DNA of 64,000 nucleotides from a virus (Duplodnaviria; Heunggongvirae; Uroviricota; Caudoviricetes): IMG/VR virus record IMGVR_UViG_3300027631_000003; one strand, 5' to 3'. Shown piece by piece: positions 1 to 10,587 of this stretch (position 1 is its first letter; each line of letters starts with the position of its first letter). The notes under the pieces were generated by a model. It saw only the letters and a program-made list of their open reading frames with translations, ran no database searches and was not told where the DNA came from. The position numbers and the translations under genes were made by a program.

Positions 1-553
1 CTAATGTCAAAGCAGATGCTGAAGTACCAGCGATAACTGATTGAGTAGTATTGATTGAATAACCATATCTACCATCACCATACAAACCACCAGCAACTTC
101 TAAGTTTTTAACGTTTGGATGATTTTCAGCTTGGTTACCATATAAAGAAGTAGTTCCGAATTCTTTTTTACCAGCTCCATCAGCAGATAATCCTAAGTTT
201 GAATATTTGAAATCCAAATAGAATACTAGACCTGAAGGTAAAGACATTGGTTGTACAGAAACGAATTCTTTAGCAACGATTTCACCGAATACACGGCGAA
301 CTAACGGAAGAGCAACACCAGCCCAGTTCTCACCAGCACCACCTGACATTGATGATTGACCACCAGTCACGTTTGCTTCTTGAACCAATGCTTTAGCTTG
401 GTTTTCCAAAATTACCGCCATATTGTTGCGGTCATACTCACTATTAAGGTTTTTCAATAAACCTGTTTTTTCCCATTTTCCAACTAATTTGCCAGCTTCT
501 GCTTGACGATCTTGGAACGGGTTTGCGCTTTCTAAAAGACTTTGTACGTTCAT
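1..553 (-). CDS. gp23: Major capsid protein, T4 gp23 family (partial; N-terminal ~184 aa, continues beyond window start)
   Basis: Own translation of the minus strand from ATG at 553 gives MNVQSLLES.... The segment VRRVFGEIVAKEFVSVQPMSLPSGLVFYLDF closely matches T4 gp23 VRRAIPNLIAFDICGVQPMNSPTGQVFAL. It lies downstream of the scaffold gene, as in T4. Confidence 0.85.
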   Translation of the reverse strand, partial: MNVQSLLESANPFQDRQAEAGKLVGKWEKTGLLKNLNSEYDRNNMAVILENQAKALVQEANVTGGQSSMSGGAGENWAGVALPLVRRVFGEIVAKEFVSVQPMSLPSGLVFYLDFKYSNLGLSADGAGKKEFGTTSLYGNQAENHPNVKNLEVAGGLYGDGRYGYSINTTQSVIAGTSASALTL

Positions 554-580
554 TTTTTTTTAAATTAAATTTTTTTAAAA

Positions 581-1627
581 TTATTTACCGAAGGCTAATT
601 TGTCCCAACGGCTGTATTGAGCATCAGTTTCGATTACTTTAGCACCGCTATTAGTGATCATTCCTACTGCTTTTGAAGCAAAACCAACTGATTCTTTAAT
701 GTTTGATTTTGTTTCAGCTTTCTTAGAGAATGAAGTAATCATTGATTCGTAAACCAATTTAGCTTCTTTCGCTGATTCTGCTTTGTCAAAAGTTTTAACT
801 ACGTCGATCTTTTGAGATTCAGTTAAGTTAGTACCTTTGAATACTTTATTCATGTAAAGTAATTTTGCGTTTAGCAAATTAACTTCTTGAATTGAAGAAC
901 GAAGTTCATCGATTGTAGCTAAAGCTTGAGCTAATTCTTCTTCCATTTTGGATTTGTCATCATCTTCATCTTTGCCATAACCTTCTTCTACTTCCTCTTC
1001 TTCTGATAAACCGAATTCAGCTAACAATTCGTCGATGTTGATATCGTTTTCGTCGATTTCTTCTTCGTTTACTGTTTCTTCTGTTTCGTCGATCATTTCG
1101 TCAATGTTGATTTCTTCTTCACCTGCTGGTGCTTCAGCTCCTAATTCAGCATCTAAATCGATTTCTTCTCCACCTTCTTCGCCAGGAATTTCCTCGCCTT
1201 GTCCAGCTTCTAATTTTTCGAATTCTTCAGCCGCAATTTGGCGAATATATTCTTCAACTTCTTCCGGCGACATTTCAGTGATATCTTTATCTTCTTCTTC
1301 GCCTGCTTTTTCTTCACCTTTTTCAGGTGCTTCTTCAGATGCTTTTTCTTCAGCTTCTTCTTCTCCTTCTTCTTTAGCTTCTTCAACTGAATCCTCAGCT
1401 AATAATGCTTCTAAGTCAAGAGTTTCTTCCATTTGATCTTCTGCTTTTTTAGCTTCTTCCATCTTGTCTTCGTCTTCCTCCATCTCGTTTAACTTTGCAG
1501 CTAACATAGATTGTAATTGTGGAGTGAAAGCTTCTTCAAGAGCAAGTTTAGCTTGGGCAAGAGCAGTTTCGCGAACGGCTTTAGCATCAGCAATAGCATC
1601 TTTTAAAATTTGCTTTGTGTTACTCAT
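581..1627 (-). CDS. gp22: Prohead scaffolding protein (gp22-like), highly acidic coiled-coil
   Basis: 348 aa, very Glu/Asp-rich, coiled-coil N and C termini. Sits immediately upstream of the gp23 homolog, as in T4. Confidence 0.7.
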   Translation of the reverse strand: MSNTKQILKDAIADAKAVRETALAQAKLALEEAFTPQLQSMLAAKLNEMEEDEDKMEEAKKAEDQMEETLDLEALLAEDSVEEAKEEGEEEAEEKASEEAPEKGEEKAGEEEDKDITEMSPEEVEEYIRQIAAEEFEKLEAGQGEEIPGEEGGEEIDLDAELGAEAPAGEEEINIDEMIDETEETVNEEEIDENDINIDELLAEFGLSEEEEVEEGYGKDEDDDKSKMEEELAQALATIDELRSSIQEVNLLNAKLLYMNKVFKGTNLTESQKIDVVKTFDKAESAKEAKLVYESMITSFSKKAETKSNIKESVGFASKAVGMITNSGAKVIETDAQYSRWDKLAFGK

Positions 1628-1763
1628 TTTTGTCCTTAATTTTTGTTTTTGGAAATAAGATTATTATGAATCTTAATGGGGGTTGTACTTATTTTTGTAA
1701 TACCATATAGACATGGTATATTTGAGTCTGCCATAAATATATGTGGATATATTCAAAGCGAAA

Positions 1764-1790
1764 AGAAATGCCCCTTCTTTGCAGAAGAGG
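1764..1790 (-). terminator. Imperfect hairpin (CCCTTCT...AGAAGAGG) followed by T-rich tract on the minus strand, upstream of scaffold gene
   Basis: Read from sequence. The stem carries one bulge. Confidence 0.3.
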
Positions 1791-1828
1791 CATAGAGCTA
1801 TAATACTGAGACTATAGCGGGGTATGAA

Positions 1829-2821
1829 TTATTTAATTCCAGCGTAGTGTTGCCATCTACGAATGACGTATTCGTCTAATTCTGTTGATTCACTGTATGT
1901 TCCTTTTTTACCTGATTCCGGTGTTAATTCTACTTTACCATCTTCTGGAGCACCTATGTTGTATATTTTATTACCTAACATAGCTTTAAGAATATTGTTA
2001 AGGAAAGTAATTTCTGGTTTTACCGTCTCACCGTCTAAAGTATAAGTATACTTTTCGTATTTTGCTATTTTATCATCATTTGATTCTTGTGCTTCATCTA
2101 ATGAATTGATATTTATATCTTCAACTGAATCATCTTCAAATCTAACTCGAGCTCTACGTTCGCCAGTTTCATCATCCATTTTCATAGCTGTGATTTTAGC
2201 TTTTTTACCTGCTACTGTAACGTTATCTCCGATTGAATAATCATCAAATGATGATTTTGGAACAAATGCTTCGTCTAATCCGTTATAGAACTTTCTTGCT
2301 TCGTCTTCAGATTCAAATGATTTTTCTTTAGTTCCGTCTACTGTTTGATAAGTAACAATCCAAAAACGACCTTCTTGTTCGATGCTAGATACTTCGTTAT
2401 GATTTAAATTACCTTCACCCATTTCTTCAGCACCTGCTTTATCATCCATTTGAGCATCTGATTCATGGTATCCTTTAGCTGCTTGATAAATGTAGTTTTC
2501 AGAGTTAGTAATGTGGTCTTGGATCCAAGCTGGTAGATTAACTTCCCTATCTCCCATTTGTGCTTTTAACATCATAGCAGCACGAATAATAGAATCTAAT
2601 GAATCTTGTGCCATTGCTACTTCGTAATCTTCGTTTAAACCATCTTCAGCTAATTTTTTAGCTTTATCAGTTGCAATTGCATACATAGCAGCTTTAGGAC
2701 CTTTGAAATCCTTTTTCATTGCCATTACAATATCTTCTTTCTTTTTCTTTTCAGCAGCAGTTAATGTTTTTTCAGCAACGATTTTAGCTACGGTTTCTTT
2801 TACGATTTGTTCTAAATCCAT
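1829..2821 (-). CDS. Hypothetical protein in head-morphogenesis module (possible prohead core protein)
   Basis: 330 aa ORF between gp21-like and gp22-like genes. No motif recognised. Confidence 0.5.
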   Translation of the reverse strand: MDLEQIVKETVAKIVAEKTLTAAEKKKKEDIVMAMKKDFKGPKAAMYAIATDKAKKLAEDGLNEDYEVAMAQDSLDSIIRAAMMLKAQMGDREVNLPAWIQDHITNSENYIYQAAKGYHESDAQMDDKAGAEEMGEGNLNHNEVSSIEQEGRFWIVTYQTVDGTKEKSFESEDEARKFYNGLDEAFVPKSSFDDYSIGDNVTVAGKKAKITAMKMDDETGERRARVRFEDDSVEDININSLDEAQESNDDKIAKYEKYTYTLDGETVKPEITFLNNILKAMLGNKIYNIGAPEDGKVELTPESGKKGTYSESTELDEYVIRRWQHYAGIK

Positions 2822-3450
2822 TATATATTATCAAAATCACAGGTACAAAATCCTGTGCGGTTACAAATAATTTCAGTAATTAAGCTATCTATTTTAGAAT
2901 AATCTTTAGATGGTTTAGAATATGAAATAGATTCATTTACTACTTCCATATACGCACCTGGTGTTGAAGGTGTTGAAACAAAATCCCAACACATTAATTC
3001 AAAATCATCTTGTACCTCAATTGTTTCACCAATTTGACGTACAGAACCCATACCACGAGATGAGATACCTACGGTGATATTGTTATTAAATAATTCTTTT
3101 AATATATTACCCGATGGTGTAGGCAGTACTTCAATTTTACCGTGTAATTCGCGCCCCTTCCAATATAAACTTACAATGTTATGTGATACATTTTTTAAGT
3201 TAATAACTGGAGAGTCTGGATGGTCTAATTCACCTAATGCACGACGTTCTTTAACTGGTCCTTGTAGGTATTTATCAGCTTCACGCTTTAATACTTCGTA
3301 TGGATAAACACGTCCATTACCATTTTTGGTTTCAGCCATTTGTATCAATCCTTCTACAAACATTTTACCGTTTGGATTCATCATCGACTCCTTCAATGAT
3401 TGAGGAGTAGCGGTAAATAAGGCTGTTTCTATTAATAATTGCTTATCCAT
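2821..3450 (-). CDS. gp21: Prohead core protease (T4 gp21 family)
   Basis: 209 aa, the size of T4 gp21 (212 aa). Contains an LGELDHPDSP segment, and follows the portal region in T4 order 20-...-21-22-23. Confidence 0.6.
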   Translation of the reverse strand: MDKQLLIETALFTATPQSLKESMMNPNGKMFVEGLIQMAETKNGNGRVYPYEVLKREADKYLQGPVKERRALGELDHPDSPVINLKNVSHNIVSLYWKGRELHGKIEVLPTPSGNILKELFNNNITVGISSRGMGSVRQIGETIEVQDDFELMCWDFVSTPSTPGAYMEVVNESISYSKPSKDYSKIDSLITEIICNRTGFCTCDFDNI

Positions 3451-3961
3451 TAGATCTTTCGTTCAAGATACGACCAACTAAAATGATCATTTCATCTTCA
3501 GTCAATTTATCCATTTTAACTTTTTTAACACCGTTTGCAGTGTCTACAAAATTATCACCTTTAACTTCAGTAGGTAAATCAGTACGTTTTTTACGATCAA
3601 CTTTCATTGATGATTCATCATATCCAGCTAAATGAAGTTGAGAGTAATAAGCAGCATTATCTTTTAAGTTTTTACAAACGATCTTATCAGCTTTTATTTC
3701 TTCAGTACCTTTATCTAATTCATAGCGCATCCCTAAATCATATTCTTGAGGATTACACCAATCATTCGGCATACCATACTCCATTGAAGATGATTTTTCT
3801 TCAGTAATGATACCTTTGTTTTTTAAGATTTTAACAGCATCACCAAATGATGTTGTATTAGAAATAAATTTAGGTAATGCCATTTTTACATTACGTAAAA
3901 ATTGAGCTTGACCCAATGTTCCTTCATTTAATGCTTTATACTGATCGAATATGCTTTTCAT
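3443..3961 (-). CDS. Hypothetical protein (head module)
   Basis: 172 aa minus-strand ORF, translationally coupled to its neighbours. Confidence 0.45.
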   Translation of the reverse strand: MKSIFDQYKALNEGTLGQAQFLRNVKMALPKFISNTTSFGDAVKILKNKGIITEEKSSSMEYGMPNDWCNPQEYDLGMRYELDKGTEEIKADKIVCKNLKDNAAYYSQLHLAGYDESSMKVDRKKRTDLPTEVKGDNFVDTANGVKKVKMDKLTEDEMIILVGRILNERSNG

Positions 3962-4437
3962 TATTCTTTTAAATTTTTAATTTTCTTGTCTAATTCAGTT
4001 AATCGTGTTGATATTTCTTCTAATCCACGAATGGAATTAGTTAAATAATTTTCAGTGGTTAGGCTATTTTCTTCACGTAAACGAATACTATAATCAACTA
4101 TTTGATTAACTTCGCGTAAACGTTTTTTAATACCTAATATTGCTTTTGAAATTTTACGTTCAGGAGTAACTTCTGATATTGTTTTATTAAATGAACGATA
4201 TGATACTTCATTAATCGGATCTTGTCCTTCGTATTTAACAAAATCAAATGTTTTACCTGATTTAGGAACTTTACCAACTACTTTAAATCCCAATTTTTCA
4301 GCATATTTAGTAGCTTTATTTTTACCACCTTTAGAGAATGCAAACGGAGTTGAATAAGCTTCACCTCCAGATGTAGCATTTTCTTCATCTAAAATTTCAG
4401 CTATTGCTTGACGTATTAATTCACGTAATTTTTCCAT
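3961..4437 (-). CDS. Hypothetical protein (head module)
   Basis: 158 aa ORF whose start overlaps the upstream stop. Confidence 0.45.
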   Translation of the reverse strand: MEKLRELIRQAIAEILDEENATSGGEAYSTPFAFSKGGKNKATKYAEKLGFKVVGKVPKSGKTFDFVKYEGQDPINEVSYRSFNKTISEVTPERKISKAILGIKKRLREVNQIVDYSIRLREENSLTTENYLTNSIRGLEEISTRLTELDKKIKNLKE

Positions 4438-5291
4438 TATGCTGTTCTTAATTCGTGTAGTAATTCGTAGTAATTCATCAAATTTAACACATCATCATCA
4501 GATACATTTTCCGATTTAGGAATCATGTTTAGTATATTATTAACTTCTGATAGTTTGATTTGGATTTTTTTATCTACAATTTTAGATGTTAATACTTCTA
4601 ATTCTAATTTAATGTTTTGAATTTGGTTATTAATATATTCTTTTAATGTTACAGTATTAGAAATATTATTAATGAATTCTTTCAATAATGTTTTTTGTTC
4701 TGGTAGTAAATCAGTGTATTTGGTGTTAAAATTTTCAACTACCATTTTATAAATCATCATACGAGTACTTTTATCTTGTTTAGAATATTCTTCCATTACT
4801 TGATCTTGTACTGCTGTTTTATCTACCGCCTTTTTTGTTAGAAACTCAAGTAAAGTTACTCGGTTATCAATAACAATTTTAGGATCAGTAAATTCAGATG
4901 ATGTATGTGCTTCCATTAAATTAAAAATGGCAGCATTGATTTTATAATTATGTATTTTAGCTTTGAAAAAATCTTCTAAATTATAAGTTTCCTTAATGTC
5001 TTTAATTAAGTTATATTTTTCCTTACGTAGTGCAGTTTTATTTAACTTTTCAGATAATTTTAAGATAGTTTCAACTAAGCTATCTGCTTTTGATTCGGCT
5101 AATGATTTTACGTTAATTAATGCTTGATATAATTTATGTTCTTTAGCTATTTCTGTGTTAGAGAAGTATTTTTTAACTAAAGTAGCCGCGTGTGGTTCTT
5201 TATTAGACAAAATATCACTAGCAATTTGGCGCACTAATAGCTCAAATAATATGCCAGTGTTTTTGTATTTAGAATTTTTTAATTTAGACAT
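4437..5291 (-). CDS. Hypothetical protein (head module)
   Basis: 284 aa ORF directly downstream of the portal gene. Confidence 0.45.
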   Translation of the reverse strand: MSKLKNSKYKNTGILFELLVRQIASDILSNKEPHAATLVKKYFSNTEIAKEHKLYQALINVKSLAESKADSLVETILKLSEKLNKTALRKEKYNLIKDIKETYNLEDFFKAKIHNYKINAAIFNLMEAHTSSEFTDPKIVIDNRVTLLEFLTKKAVDKTAVQDQVMEEYSKQDKSTRMMIYKMVVENFNTKYTDLLPEQKTLLKEFINNISNTVTLKEYINNQIQNIKLELEVLTSKIVDKKIQIKLSEVNNILNMIPKSENVSDDDVLNLMNYYELLHELRTA

Positions 5292-5326
5292 GTCTTAGTA
5301 TTACTCTGTTATAAATATCGATTAGT

Positions 5327-7156
5327 TTATATATCTTGAATATTTGATTCATTTAGTATGGAAGGCTCTTCAAATACATTAGTTTTATTTATGTTAATAC
5401 TTTCTAACATTTTTTTATTTTTTAAGTATTCAACTCTAGCATTCTCTAATGTCCAAGTAGCACCAGTACCTGCAGCCGCTTTTAATGGCTCGTGCATACC
5501 TTTCGACCCAATAGGGTCTTTACCTAATGCATGGTCTTGTGTTCCATAATCAGATACTTTTTCTTGTGGACGTCCTGCTTCTTTTTCATCATATCCAATA
5601 GGTACTTCACCGTAACGGCCTTTACCATATAATGAAGCTAAATCATGTGGCGTACCAAATGATGTACCTGAATCAACTGGATCATTACCTTCGTTTTCAA
5701 TTTGTGAAATACGGAATGAACGTTTTTTATCTTCAATTGTTTGATTACGGAACTCAGCGTATTGATCTTCTGAGAAGTGGAATATATTTTGGTAAATCCA
5801 ATCAGTCGGCAATAATGATTTGTCCATTATATTACCAGCTAATTCAACTTTTTCCTTCCACAGAGCAATTTTTTCTTGCTCATAAATGATAGATGGAGTA
5901 GTTAACGATAATTCAAAATTCGTTAATTCAGCATCATCAAATCCTTGAGTATATAAGTGAACTAAAGCAATTTTAGTTAATTCAGATACAACAATACGTT
6001 GTATGCGTTCTACTGTACGAGCAAAACGAATATCTTCAGAAGCAAGAGTTGCTTTACCAGTTAAATCTTTTTCGTATCCTAAAAACGCTTTTGGAACGCG
6101 TAATGCAGCAAATAATTTATCACGTAAGTAAGATACGTCTTCGATTGCTGTATATTCTAAGCCTTTTAAAGTATCTATTTTAGTAGTTGTATCATTTCCT
6201 CTAACTGGAAGATAAAAATCTTCAGTTAAATTCATCATATTATACTTTAAGTTATAATCGCCTGTTTGAGGATCAATATATGGAGTTTTCTTAATACGTT
6301 GTTTCATTTTCTCCATGTATCCATCTACTTCATTTGGAGCTATATTACCAATGTTTGTATAGAAAATACGTTTTTCAGGCGCACGCATAATACGATGTAT
6401 TAACATCGCATCTTCCATTAAAGTTAATTGTTTGAATATTTTACGACCTGGTTCAAGATATGAGCGGCCATAAGGTAAATAAGATGGATCTGAAATTAAT
6501 CTAAAGTGAGCTATTTCGTAGTTTTCAAAATAATCATCTTTATTTGTGTTTGTAGCGTATCCATAAGATTGATTTAAGTTAATCTTAAAACGCACATATG
6601 ATGGATTATTTGGATTAGATCCTTCTTCACGTTGAACATCATATACAGAGAATGGAAGTGCATTATATACACCAAATTTTTCTGCTATATCTAAATGTAA
6701 ATAAAAATCACCATACTTACACATCGTTCTAATCCATGACCATAGATTAAATTCTACGTTTAGAACTTCATAAAATAAATTATAAAGTACACGTTGTGTT
6801 TTATCGTTTGGAGATTTAATATGTAATACTTCACCCTGCTCGTTTTTTAGAGTAGCTTCATCAGCTATGATATCTAACGCTGAAGCAATGATAGCATCTG
6901 TATCCATTGCTTCATAGTCCGTGTAAAGTGAAGTACGTAATGTTTGGTAATTCATTAATGGAGTATATGACAATTTTGAATTGCCAGCATGAATCCGATT
7001 GAATCTATCTATTAATGAATTGGTTTGAATATTACCGTAAGTCTGTAGTCGGTCAACATCAATCGTACGTAATTGATTACCTCCTACATTTCTAATTATT
7101 ACATCAGTGGAAAATAACCTTCTTAGTCGTCCGAAAAGACTAGTATCTATTGCCAT
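5327..7156 (-). CDS. gp20: Portal vertex protein (T4 gp20 family)
   Basis: 609 aa. MLIHRIMRAPEKRIFY matches gp20 VVIYRITRAPDRRVWY. MMNLTEDFYLPVRG matches NMSMTEDYWLQRRDG. AALRVPKAFLG matches MALRVPLSRIP. Confidence 0.85.
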   Translation of the reverse strand: MAIDTSLFGRLRRLFSTDVIIRNVGGNQLRTIDVDRLQTYGNIQTNSLIDRFNRIHAGNSKLSYTPLMNYQTLRTSLYTDYEAMDTDAIIASALDIIADEATLKNEQGEVLHIKSPNDKTQRVLYNLFYEVLNVEFNLWSWIRTMCKYGDFYLHLDIAEKFGVYNALPFSVYDVQREEGSNPNNPSYVRFKINLNQSYGYATNTNKDDYFENYEIAHFRLISDPSYLPYGRSYLEPGRKIFKQLTLMEDAMLIHRIMRAPEKRIFYTNIGNIAPNEVDGYMEKMKQRIKKTPYIDPQTGDYNLKYNMMNLTEDFYLPVRGNDTTTKIDTLKGLEYTAIEDVSYLRDKLFAALRVPKAFLGYEKDLTGKATLASEDIRFARTVERIQRIVVSELTKIALVHLYTQGFDDAELTNFELSLTTPSIIYEQEKIALWKEKVELAGNIMDKSLLPTDWIYQNIFHFSEDQYAEFRNQTIEDKKRSFRISQIENEGNDPVDSGTSFGTPHDLASLYGKGRYGEVPIGYDEKEAGRPQEKVSDYGTQDHALGKDPIGSKGMHEPLKAAAGTGATWTLENARVEYLKNKKMLESININKTNVFEEPSILNESNIQDI

Positions 7157-7217
7157 ATTATTTTGTGTTACTCAATATGTAGTATATGTTATAAATATAC
7201 AAACATAACAAAGAAAT

Positions 7218-8789
7218 TTAAAGGAGCCAATTTAATGATTCTGTATTACCATAACTATCTTTCATCTGCCAAGGATTATCACTCATATATGTTCCTGAAC
7301 TGATACCTGAAGATGCTATGTTGATTCCATTTAGTGATGCTTTAGTCATTTCTAATCCATTTTGGTGATATACTAATGCTGTATCTCTGATGTACAAACC
7401 AAACGATAATGCCATTGTTAAGTCATCATTATACCCACCTTGTGCTTGTGCTTTGCCATGATCCCAAATGAATGTTCTTAGTTCTTCTAATTGGCGTTTA
7501 GAATAAAATACAAATTGCTTATCGCGTAATGAAGATTCTAATTTAGAAATAAATAATGGGCGTGTTTTAGATGAGTTAGTCAATCCAGGAACGGTTTGAT
7601 CATTTTCCATCTTGTACACAAAATTATCAATTGACATATCACCACCTTTAGGTGAGTGATATAAATTTGAATAACCACGTTCAATAATTGAATTAATAAC
7701 GTCCCATCCAATATTTGCATTTTCAATTACTAACAATGCTGAATTATATTCAATAGCGGCTGTAATTAAATTATTTGCAAATTCACGAGTACCGATTTTA
7801 GATTTAAATTCAGCTACTTGTTTATATGCTTTAGTTGCTATAATATGAAATGTTGAATAGTCACTTCCATCACCACGAGCAACGTCAGCACACACAACAT
7901 ATGTTTCAGACGGATCTGGATATTCCCAAATCCAATAATCACCACCCATACCACGCCTCTCAACAGGATCTATAATGTGATTTTGCTCATAGTATTCTAG
8001 AATATCGTTTGTTACAACGTTATTACCAGAAGCTAAAAAGTCACATTCATATTCTTGGGCGATTTCTTGAGTACCCATATTTGCCTTTTCATTTTCAAAC
8101 CATTGAGCATCACGTTCAGGATGTACATCCCAAGGTAATTTAATTGGTAAAAATGAATTTTCGTTATTTATAGCACCAACCCAAGTTTTATGGAACCAAT
8201 TACCAATACCATTTGGTGATGATAATGCTATACACCCACCACCAGATGAAATTGTAGGTTTAATTGCGGTATAGATCCGATCAATTCCATCAATAAAGGC
8301 GGCCTCATCAATTAGTAGTAACGATACAGCGTATGAACGACCAGCATCAGAAGCAGCTGATGATGCTACAATCTGAGATCCGTTAGATAATTTTAATGAT
8401 AATTTATTATTTGAATCGGGTTTTTCTTTACCTTTAAGCCAAGCTGGTAATTGTTGGTACATAAATTGTACCTTATCTACCATGTTTACAGCTGTTGATT
8501 GCTTAGTTGCAATACATAATACTGTTTTATCTTTATGGAACAACATTGTCCATAATGAAAAACCAGCAGCTAATGTTGATATACCTAATTGACGTGATTT
8601 ATTAATGATTGTATAATCATTCTTTAACCACAACTTCAGTACTTGTTCTTGGAATGGGTAGAGATTAAAATTTACACGTCCCCTAGTTGGGTGTTGTACC
8701 ATACAGTACTTACGCATAAAGTGGATAGGATCTGTTAAACATTTAACATACTCCTGCCGCATTATGTCCTTTATACTTTGTTCGCTCAT
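7218..8789 (-). CDS. gp17: Terminase large subunit (T4 gp17 family)
   Basis: 523 aa. Walker-A-like KSRQLGIST compares with T4 SRQLGKT. LLIDEAAFI compares with IYIDECAFI. SSPNGIGNWFHKTW compares with TTPNGLNHFYDIW. Confidence 0.85.
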   Translation of the reverse strand: MSEQSIKDIMRQEYVKCLTDPIHFMRKYCMVQHPTRGRVNFNLYPFQEQVLKLWLKNDYTIINKSRQLGISTLAAGFSLWTMLFHKDKTVLCIATKQSTAVNMVDKVQFMYQQLPAWLKGKEKPDSNNKLSLKLSNGSQIVASSAASDAGRSYAVSLLLIDEAAFIDGIDRIYTAIKPTISSGGGCIALSSPNGIGNWFHKTWVGAINNENSFLPIKLPWDVHPERDAQWFENEKANMGTQEIAQEYECDFLASGNNVVTNDILEYYEQNHIIDPVERRGMGGDYWIWEYPDPSETYVVCADVARGDGSDYSTFHIIATKAYKQVAEFKSKIGTREFANNLITAAIEYNSALLVIENANIGWDVINSIIERGYSNLYHSPKGGDMSIDNFVYKMENDQTVPGLTNSSKTRPLFISKLESSLRDKQFVFYSKRQLEELRTFIWDHGKAQAQGGYNDDLTMALSFGLYIRDTALVYHQNGLEMTKASLNGINIASSGISSGTYMSDNPWQMKDSYGNTESLNWLL

Positions 8790-9523
8790 TTAGTCCAGTT
8801 TTCTAATGCTTTTAAATATCCATCACCCATATGGTCCATTATATTTTTACCTGAAAATAATGCTTTAAGATATAACCAAAATGATCTTAATGATGATTCT
8901 TTTTTTAATATATTACCATCTGTATCTAATCTTACTTGATAGTTTACGTGATGAAATCTAATATATGGTACGTGGGTTACTAGATCATTTTTATGTACTA
9001 CTCGTAGAGTATCTATACCACTATTATCGTAATTTTCCTTAAATACTTTATTGCCAACTCTTGGGCTGCCAATAGTTGTTGATTTAATATTATAATGTGG
9101 ATAATGTTTTTTTATTGAGTGTGCATATAATGTTGCTACTGCCCCACCTAAACTATGTCCACAAACTACAATATCTGTAGCTTCACCTTGTAAATTTTCT
9201 AATGCAGTATCAATTGCATCGTAAGTATCACCCACTACCGATTCCCAACAATATTTAAATCCAATATGAACCTTTTCTCCATCGTTTAAAAATGGTACTT
9301 TATCAATTGAAGCATCGTTTTGAAAATCCTTCTTTGATTCACTACCTCTCCATACAACATATATTGATTTATTTTTTGTTGCTACAAATCCTTGTGTGTC
9401 TGATTTTTTATTTTCAATCCATTTAACAAATTCTAATCCGTATTCACCCCACTTAATTTCTTCTTGTTTAGAATAAGCTAATACTGCTAATTTTGCGTTG
9501 TATAATGCTTCGTTTCTTGTCAT
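8786..9523 (-). CDS. Class 3 (fungal-type) lipase / alpha-beta hydrolase
   Basis: 245 aa with GHSLGG nucleophile elbow and class-3-lipase-like flanks. Its stop overlaps the terminase start (ATGA-type coupling). Confidence 0.65.
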   Translation of the reverse strand: MTRNEALYNAKLAVLAYSKQEEIKWGEYGLEFVKWIENKKSDTQGFVATKNKSIYVVWRGSESKKDFQNDASIDKVPFLNDGEKVHIGFKYCWESVVGDTYDAIDTALENLQGEATDIVVCGHSLGGAVATLYAHSIKKHYPHYNIKSTTIGSPRVGNKVFKENYDNSGIDTLRVVHKNDLVTHVPYIRFHHVNYQVRLDTDGNILKKESSLRSFWLYLKALFSGKNIMDHMGDGYLKALENWTK

Positions 9524-9549
9524 AATGTAGTTTTGTATATAAATATATA

Positions 9550-9578
9550 GAAAAAGAAAAGTCCGCTAAAAGCGGACT
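9550..9578 (-). terminator. Intrinsic terminator: AGTCCGC-taaaa-GCGGACT hairpin followed by T-tract on the minus strand
   Basis: 7-bp GC-rich stem at 9560..9578. The minus strand continues TTTTCTTTTTCT. Confidence 0.65.
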
Positions 9579-9610
9579 CTCTAAATAAACAAACATTATT
9601 ATGAAAAATC

Positions 9611-10546
9611 TTATATTTCTTCTTCTGCGTCTTCAGCACCAACGATAGCAGCAGCATCTCTAGTTTCTTTATCTGAAATTTTAGGTATACCGTATTTCTT
9701 TTTAGTGATACGGAATTTTTTAGCTAATTCTAAAGTAACTGGATCTTGTGTTTGAATCAATCCATCAGCGTATTGTTGAGCGATTTCTTGTCCTAACTCA
9801 TCATCATTATCTACCATAGATTTCATTTTATCAACATATTGTTGCTTTCCAGCAGCGTTATCAGCTTTACGATATGCTTCACGAGCACGTTTATAATCTA
9901 ATGTTTTGGCAGCCAATTCAGCTCTATCAGTAGGTAACTGGTAATCTGGATTAGCTTGAGTAGCAGCAGTATACTCAATATCACGACCGAATTTTGAACC
10001 ACGGTCTTGAGATGGAGTAACCACACCAGTCGCTTTTTCAAATCCTGTTGACACATCTTTTTGCGAGGCACTAAATGGCAGTTCATCATATGATATTTTT
10101 TTCTTTCCAATTGCACCAATTACTAACGGACGAATAAAAGATTGTTGTGATGCATATTGACGATCAGGATTGGCTTCGTTATGAAACTTTAAAATATCCG
10201 TTGCTGTTAATGCTTCGCCTTTATCTTTTAATACTTTAACTATATCAACTAAACTTCTAAATTCTGATTTAGATAATTTACTTTGTACGCTTTCTAACTC
10301 ACCTCTAAAATCTGGTTTTAATGAATATTTTACTTCAGCAGCACGAGCCATTTCTTTTAATTTTTGACCGCCTGCAGTTTCAATACCTTTAACATCAGCA
10401 TTACCTTTAATAGCATCTAATTCCTTAGTATCTTTATAAGAAACTGCTTCTCTACCTTTAGCAGTAGTAACAAATGCAGTATTATCTTCACCCATGATTT
10501 CCTCACGTACTATTTTATTAATTATTTCTTTTAATTTATCTTCCAT
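9611..10546 (-). CDS. Hypothetical protein
   Basis: 311 aa. Followed by a strong intrinsic terminator, and a TATATTTATA-like motif lies upstream. Confidence 0.5.
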   Translation of the reverse strand: MEDKLKEIINKIVREEIMGEDNTAFVTTAKGREAVSYKDTKELDAIKGNADVKGIETAGGQKLKEMARAAEVKYSLKPDFRGELESVQSKLSKSEFRSLVDIVKVLKDKGEALTATDILKFHNEANPDRQYASQQSFIRPLVIGAIGKKKISYDELPFSASQKDVSTGFEKATGVVTPSQDRGSKFGRDIEYTAATQANPDYQLPTDRAELAAKTLDYKRAREAYRKADNAAGKQQYVDKMKSMVDNDDELGQEIAQQYADGLIQTQDPVTLELAKKFRITKKKYGIPKISDKETRDAAAIVGAEDAEEEI

Positions 10547-10587
10547 TATTTTGTTTTTTGAATAGAAATTGTCTATTATAAATATCG

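Noticed and set aside
1035-1436. Plus-strand 133-aa Ser-rich ORF
   Set aside because: It lies entirely antisense to the acidic scaffold gene. GAA/GAG-rich sense codons give TTC/CTC (Ser/Phe/Leu) on the opposite strand, so the composition is mirrored. There is no promoter or leader.
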